From assembly GCA_963711565.1 (NCBI GenBank), contig CAVQEQ010000003.1, forward strand, positions 1,120,001 through 1,184,000: 64,000 nt of DNA. The letters are read 5' to 3'. Shown here in pieces: positions 59,382-64,000 of the stretch; position 1 is the first letter of the stretch, and each line of letters begins with the position of its first letter. The position numbers were made by a program, and so were the translations under genes. The DNA is from an uncultured delta proteobacterium (GTDB lineage Bacteria > Desulfobacterota > Binatia > Binatales > Binataceae). The notes under the pieces were generated by a model. It did not search any database. It was not told the origin of the DNA and saw only the letters and a program-made list of their open reading frames with translations.

Positions 59382-60257
59382 TCAACGCGCGATGTCGTGG
59401 TCGCGGACGGTGCCGGCGAAGCCGCCGCTCTCGAGGCGCTTCATCAACTCGCGCGCGAGCACGGGCGAGCGATGGCGTCCGCCGGTGCATCCGAGACCGA
59501 CCGTCAGGTAACTCTTGCCCTCGCGCTGATAAAGCGGAATCAGAAAATCGAAAAGTCTGCCGACCTCGTCGATAAAGCGCCGCGACTCCGGCTGCGCCAT
59601 CACGTACTCGCGCACGCGCGGGTCGTTTCCCGTGAGCGGCCTCAACTCGGGGACGAAAAACGGATTCGGAATAAACCGCACGTCGAGCACAACGTCCATC
59701 CCGACCGGCAAGCCGTACTTGTAGCCGAACGAGACGATCGATACCGACATCCGCGATCCCGCGCTCGCTCCGAGCACTGCCGCCGTGACCACCTCGCGCA
59801 GTTCGTGGACGGTGAGGTTGGTGGTGTCGATCACGCGATTGGCGCGTTCGCGCATCTCGGCCAGCGCGAGGCGTTCGACACGAATGCTCTCGGCCACGGT
59901 CGCACCACTCGCGGCCATCGGATGCGGCCGGCGGCTCTCAGAGTAACGGCGCGCGAGCACGTCGTCGGAGGCGTCGAGAAAAATTACTTCGGGATGGATT
60001 CCGGCCGCGTCGAGTTCCGCGAATATCCCCGGCCATTGCGGGAAGAACAGCCGTTCGCGCGAGTCCACTCCGAGCGCGACACCCTTGAGCGCGGGATCGC
60101 GGCTCGCGGCGAGCATCGCGACGTTGGGCGCCAGCGCGACCGGAAGATTGTTGACGCAGTAGAAGCCGAGGTCCTCGAGCACGCGCATCGCCGACACGCG
60201 CCCCGAACCCGAGACACCGGTGACGATTATCAGGCGAGGTGGCTGAGGCGAGCTCAT
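59382..60257 (-). CDS. rapZ: RNase adapter RapZ
   Basis: RRYSESRRPHP, SFGYKYG, DVRF.PNP, GCTGG.HRS. Confidence 0.95.
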   Translation of the reverse strand: MSSPQPPRLIIVTGVSGSGRVSAMRVLEDLGFYCVNNLPVALAPNVAMLAASRDPALKGVALGVDSRERLFFPQWPGIFAELDAAGIHPEVIFLDASDDVLARRYSESRRPHPMAASGATVAESIRVERLALAEMRERANRVIDTTNLTVHELREVVTAAVLGASAGSRMSVSIVSFGYKYGLPVGMDVVLDVRFIPNPFFVPELRPLTGNDPRVREYVMAQPESRRFIDEVGRLFDFLIPLYQREGKSYLTVGLGCTGGRHRSPVLARELMKRLESGGFAGTVRDHDIAR

Positions 60258-60275
60258 CGAACGCGACTGGTCGTC

Positions 60276-60737
60276 TCAGTACTTGTTGTCTTCTTCCTTG
60301 ATCAGCGAGTACAGCTCGGCGCCGTCTTTGGCGGCGAGCAGATGGCTTCGAAAAGACGCTTCCTTGAGCAATCGCGAAACGCGCGCGAGCGCCTTCAGAT
60401 GCAGACTGGCGGAATCCTCAGGCGCGACGAGTACAAAAAATATCTGCGACGGCTCACCATCGAGCGAATCGAAATCGACTCCCTCCGCATGGCGGCCGAA
60501 TGCTCCGATAATCTTCGTCACCCCGCGCAATTTGCCGTGCGGGATCGCGATGCCGTCGCCGATCGCCGTCGAGCCCAGCCGCTCGCGCTCGGCCAGCACC
60601 GCGGTCAGGTCGGCGAGCTTGATCTCCGTGTACCTGGCGGCCAGCGCTTTCGCGAGTTCACTCAGGACGTCGGGCTTGGTTGTGCCCTTCAGGTCGGGAA
60701 TGACCAGGTCAGGGCTGAGAATATCGGTAATTTTCAT
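60276..60737 (-). CDS. ptsN: PTS EIIA(Ntr)
   Basis: RERLGSTAIG.GIAIPH, FDSLDG, HLKAL. Confidence 0.92.
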   Translation of the reverse strand: MKITDILSPDLVIPDLKGTTKPDVLSELAKALAARYTEIKLADLTAVLAERERLGSTAIGDGIAIPHGKLRGVTKIIGAFGRHAEGVDFDSLDGEPSQIFFVLVAPEDSASLHLKALARVSRLLKEASFRSHLLAAKDGAELYSLIKEEDNKY

Positions 60738-60816
60738 TTCGTCGTTTTACGTCCAGTGCAAAATCAAAATTGAAATATCGGGATTCGCGAACCCGCGGCG
60801 AATCGGATGCCGCGAA

Positions 60817-61242
60817 TCAAATTTCCTCACTGCCGCTCAGGACCTCGCCGGTCGAGGGCGATCTGACTTTTTTCGCCTTGAATTTTTCCAGATGCTTTTT
60901 CAGTTGGCGTCCGACTTTGTCGGTGAGCAAATCGATCACCGAGTAGAGATCCTTGGTTTCTTCCTGCGCGCTCACTGACAGGCGCCCTGATTTGACAGTA
61001 ACTTCGCCGTGCTGCCGATATTTGTCAACCGTGAGAATCAGATGAGCCTGGCAGGTCCGCTTGAGCAACTTGCCGACGTGCGCGAGTTTTCGTTCCGCAT
61101 ACACCCGCAGCGCATCGGTCGGCTCGACATGCCGGAACGTCACCGTAACTTCGGTCACCGGGGCGTTTGCGAGCCGCGCCGCGCGCCGCACTTTTCGGAT
61201 TGCCGCGCGCCCGCGCTTGCCCTGCTTTTCGTTCTTGCTCAT
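60817..61242 (-). CDS. hpf: Ribosome hibernation promoting factor
   Basis: VTFRHVEPTDAL..YAE.KL, DLYSVID, RQLKK; located after rpoN. Confidence 0.9.
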   Translation of the reverse strand: MSKNEKQGKRGRAAIRKVRRAARLANAPVTEVTVTFRHVEPTDALRVYAERKLAHVGKLLKRTCQAHLILTVDKYRQHGEVTVKSGRLSVSAQEETKDLYSVIDLLTDKVGRQLKKHLEKFKAKKVRSPSTGEVLSGSEEI

Positions 61243-61273
61243 CTGCTCTCTCGATTGCCGCTGCCCGGCGCCG

Positions 61274-62839
61274 TCATCCGATCTGCTTGCGATTCGCCGA
61301 CGGCGGGATTCCCATCGCCTGTCGATACTTGGCCACCGTGCGGCGCGCGATATTGATCTGCCTGGCGCGCAACATTTCCGCGATCGCCTGATCCGAGAGC
61401 GGGCTTTGCGGAGTCTCCAACGTCACCATCCCGCGGATCTGTTCCTTGACCGTTTCGGCGCTCACGTCCTCGCCGCCGGCGCCCTTGACGCCCGAGGTAA
61501 AGAAAAATTTCAGCTCGTAAATCCCCTGCGGCGTATGCGCGTACTTGTTGGCGGTTGCGCGGCTGATCGTGGACTCGTGCATCCCGATGTCTTCGGCAAC
61601 GTCCTTCAGCACCAGCGGTTTCAGCAGGCTGATGCCGTGATCGAAGAACGCGCGCTGGAATTTCACGATCGAGGTCGCCACTTTGAAGATCGTCTGCTGG
61701 CGCTGGTAGATCGATTTCACCAGCCATCGCGCCGAGCGCAGCCGCTCCGCCAGGTACTCGCGCGTCTCGGGCGCGACGTCGGCGTCGTTGAGCACGCGCT
61801 GGTAGTAACCGGCCAGGCGCAGGCGCGGCACCGCGTCGCGATTGAGCGTGACGACGTACTCTTCGCCGACTTTGTGGATATAAACGTCGGGCGTCACGTA
61901 GGTCGGCTCGTCGCCGCCGTAGTCGCGTCCCGGCTTGGGCTCGAGCAGCGAGATTATCTTGGCCGCCTGCCCGACTGTTTCGATCGGCACGCCGAGGACT
62001 TTCGCGATTTCGGCGTAGCGATGCTTCTCGAGCAGGTCCAGGTGATTGCTGATAATTCGCGCGGCCAGCGATTCTTCCATCCCGAGATTCTGCAACTGCG
62101 CGAGCAGGCATTCGCGCAGATCGCGCGCGGCGACGCCGGGCGGATCGAAACGCTGCACCCGCGCAAGCACCCGCTCGACTTCGGCGGGCGCGACTTCAAG
62201 CTGCGCCGCCAGCTCATCGACAGGAGTTTCCAGGTATCCGTCTTCGTTGAGATTGTAGATGATAGTCGCGCCGATCGGCTGGTCGGATTCGGGCAAGCTC
62301 GACATTCTTAGCTGCCACATCATGTAGTCTTCGAGCGAACTTCGGCGCAGCGGCGTGTTTTCGAGCGCGCTGCGATGGTCGTCGTCGTTGTCGGCCGGCG
62401 CGCTTTCCTGCCAGTTGTTCGAGTAGGTCTCGAGATACTCGCGCCAGTCGAGCTTTTCGAGATTGTTGAGTTCCTTGATCTCGAGCGCGGCGTCGCGCGC
62501 CTCGACTTCGATGGTGGACGCGGGTTTCTCCTCGCGCGATCCCGTCTCCCAGTCGTCATCGGAGTTCGCGCCATTGAGGCCGTCGGTCTCAGGCGGCAGC
62601 GGTTCTCCATCGGCTTCCGCGGATGCTTCAGGATCCGACCTCTCGGATTCCGACGCGGCTTCGGCGGGACTTTGATCGAGCGGCTCGAGCATCGGATTCT
62701 GCTCGAGTTCCGATTGCACGATCGCTTCCAGCTCCGGGAGCGAAAGCTGCAGAATCTTGATCGCCTGCTGCAGCTGCGGCGTCATCACCAGTTGCTGGCG
62801 AAGCCGCAGATCCTGACCGAGTTTTACTTCCAGCGCCAT
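61274..62839 (-). CDS. rpoN: RNA polymerase sigma-54
   Basis: LVMTPQLQQAIKILQL, HESTISR, RpoN box ARRTVAKYR. Confidence 0.98.
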   Translation of the reverse strand: MALEVKLGQDLRLRQQLVMTPQLQQAIKILQLSLPELEAIVQSELEQNPMLEPLDQSPAEAASESERSDPEASAEADGEPLPPETDGLNGANSDDDWETGSREEKPASTIEVEARDAALEIKELNNLEKLDWREYLETYSNNWQESAPADNDDDHRSALENTPLRRSSLEDYMMWQLRMSSLPESDQPIGATIIYNLNEDGYLETPVDELAAQLEVAPAEVERVLARVQRFDPPGVAARDLRECLLAQLQNLGMEESLAARIISNHLDLLEKHRYAEIAKVLGVPIETVGQAAKIISLLEPKPGRDYGGDEPTYVTPDVYIHKVGEEYVVTLNRDAVPRLRLAGYYQRVLNDADVAPETREYLAERLRSARWLVKSIYQRQQTIFKVATSIVKFQRAFFDHGISLLKPLVLKDVAEDIGMHESTISRATANKYAHTPQGIYELKFFFTSGVKGAGGEDVSAETVKEQIRGMVTLETPQSPLSDQAIAEMLRARQINIARRTVAKYRQAMGIPPSANRKQIG

Positions 62840-62850
62840 CGCAGAATTGC

Positions 62851-64000
62851 CTACTGTTCCGCCGTATCTCCCGGCGTCGCGCTCGCTCCTGGCGACGAGT
62901 CGGAGTGAGGAAAGAGCACCGCGTGCGCGCAATCGACCACGCTCTGGCTGGTATTCAGATACACCGTGATCTTGCAACCGGTAATCTGATCGTTGCCGTC
63001 GTGCGCGACCGGACTGCCGGTCAAAATCACGGTGCGCTTGGTCTGGTCCATGACGCCGTGCTTGCCCGTCGCCCACCGCGTGCCCTGGCTCAGCCGCACG
63101 TTGCCGTCGGCGACCATGTCCTTCATCTGTTTGAAGTCCTTGTCGAAATAGTTCACGCGCAACTGGTCGCTGGTAAGTTGTGAGTCGGCCTGGGTCGCGT
63201 GAACGTTGCCAGTCCACAGGACCGAATGATTCGTGTAGTCGAGCGACATCGACGTGGACTTGATGTAGATCGGCGCCTTGCTGTTGCCGAACTGCATCCC
63301 GCCAAAGGCACCGCCCTGGTCAGGCGGATTCGATGCGAGATTAGTTTCGCCGCCGGCCGCCGTGCCCGACGCCGTCTTATGAGCCTTGTGCGGTGCGGCA
63401 GCCTCGGCCGGCGCACTGGCAACCGGCGGAGCCGTCGCCGCGGGTGGCGGCGATGGCGGTTCGGGATTGGCGGCGTCAGCCGGAACCGGCGCGAGCACCA
63501 TCGGCGGCGCGATCGCGCCGGGTGGAGCAGTCGCCGCCGTCGTCACTGGCGTTGAATCGGGAACAGCCGCCGCAGGAGCGGTCGTGGTAGTCGTGGCAAT
63601 CGAGGGCGCTGCGGCGGGCGCGGCGTCCGCTGCGGTCACCGGCACTGCCGGCGCCGCTGGCGGAACTGGGGCAGGCGCGGCTGCAACGGGAGGCGGCGAA
63701 GGCGGTACCGGCGCAGGAACGGCTGCGACTGCCGGCGCCGCTGCCGGAGGCAGCGGCGCGATAGGCTTGACTGCCGTGGACGGCGCGGCCGCAGGCGCGA
63801 CGTCTGCGGCGGTCACCGGCACGTCCGGCACCGACGACGGCGCCGCGGCGGGCGCGACCGCGACGGCAGGCGCCGCGGGCGGCGCTTCTGCCGGAGCCGT
63901 CGCGACTGCCGGCTGGGCCTGCGTGCCGCTGTCCGCCGCGGGCGCAGCCGGCGGCGCGCCGGGTACTCCACCGGTCACACTGATCGAATCGTCGCCCGAT
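62851..64000 (-). CDS. lptA: LptA/OstA-domain protein with long Ala/Pro-rich N-terminal region (start outside window)
   Basis: C-terminal PIYIKS..TGNVHATQ..GNV..LTGSP..ITG.KIT; located upstream of rpoN. Confidence 0.82.
   Translation of the reverse strand, partial: SGDDSISVTGGVPGAPPAAPAADSGTQAQPAVATAPAEAPPAAPAVAVAPAAAPSSVPDVPVTAADVAPAAAPSTAVKPIAPLPPAAAPAVAAVPAPVPPSPPPVAAAPAPVPPAAPAVPVTAADAAPAAAPSIATTTTTAPAAAVPDSTPVTTAATAPPGAIAPPMVLAPVPADAANPEPPSPPPAATAPPVASAPAEAAAPHKAHKTASGTAAGGETNLASNPPDQGGAFGGMQFGNSKAPIYIKSTSMSLDYTNHSVLWTGNVHATQADSQLTSDQLRVNYFDKDFKQMKDMVADGNVRLSQGTRWATGKHGVMDQTKRTVILTGSPVAHDGNDQITGCKITVYLNTSQSVVDCAHAVLFPHSDSSPGASATPGDTAEQ

Overview
High-GC bacterial chromosomal window. Deltaproteobacteria-like synteny (ptsH-metK-ahcY; lptA-rpoN-hpf-ptsN-rapZ; class I LysRS) would fit an uncultured lineage such as Ca. 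Binatota, but that placement is inference only. Main contents: (i) a sulfur-relay/assimilation cluster (ThiF, ThrC-like PLP enzyme, MoaD/CysO-like carrier, CysM, NIL protein, degenerate ThiF, cysC, sat), with a sulfite reductase further along; (ii) eutBC; (iii) a divergent pair resembling NAD+-dependent sulfoquinovosidase and sulfoquinovose monooxygenase, the latter frameshifted; (iv) a Rieske dioxygenase alpha/beta pair with a TetR and a clear operator palindrome; (v) a single-chain restriction-modification enzyme flanked by REP-like elements; (vi) housekeeping genes (rpoZ, rpoH, hldE, murJ, hemW, lysS, metK, ahcY, rpoN operon); (vii) at least three families of short palindromic intergenic repeats. 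The best candidate for an undescribed system is a compositionally atypical two-gene cassette at 29240-31878. It encodes a Hanks Ser/Thr kinase fused to a DNPH1/NDT-like nucleotide N-glycosidase domain and an XRE HTH, followed by an ImmA/IrrE-type HExxH metallopeptidase. No rRNA, tRNA, CRISPR array, transposase or integrase was recognised. Family assignments are from motif recognition by eye; no searches were run.
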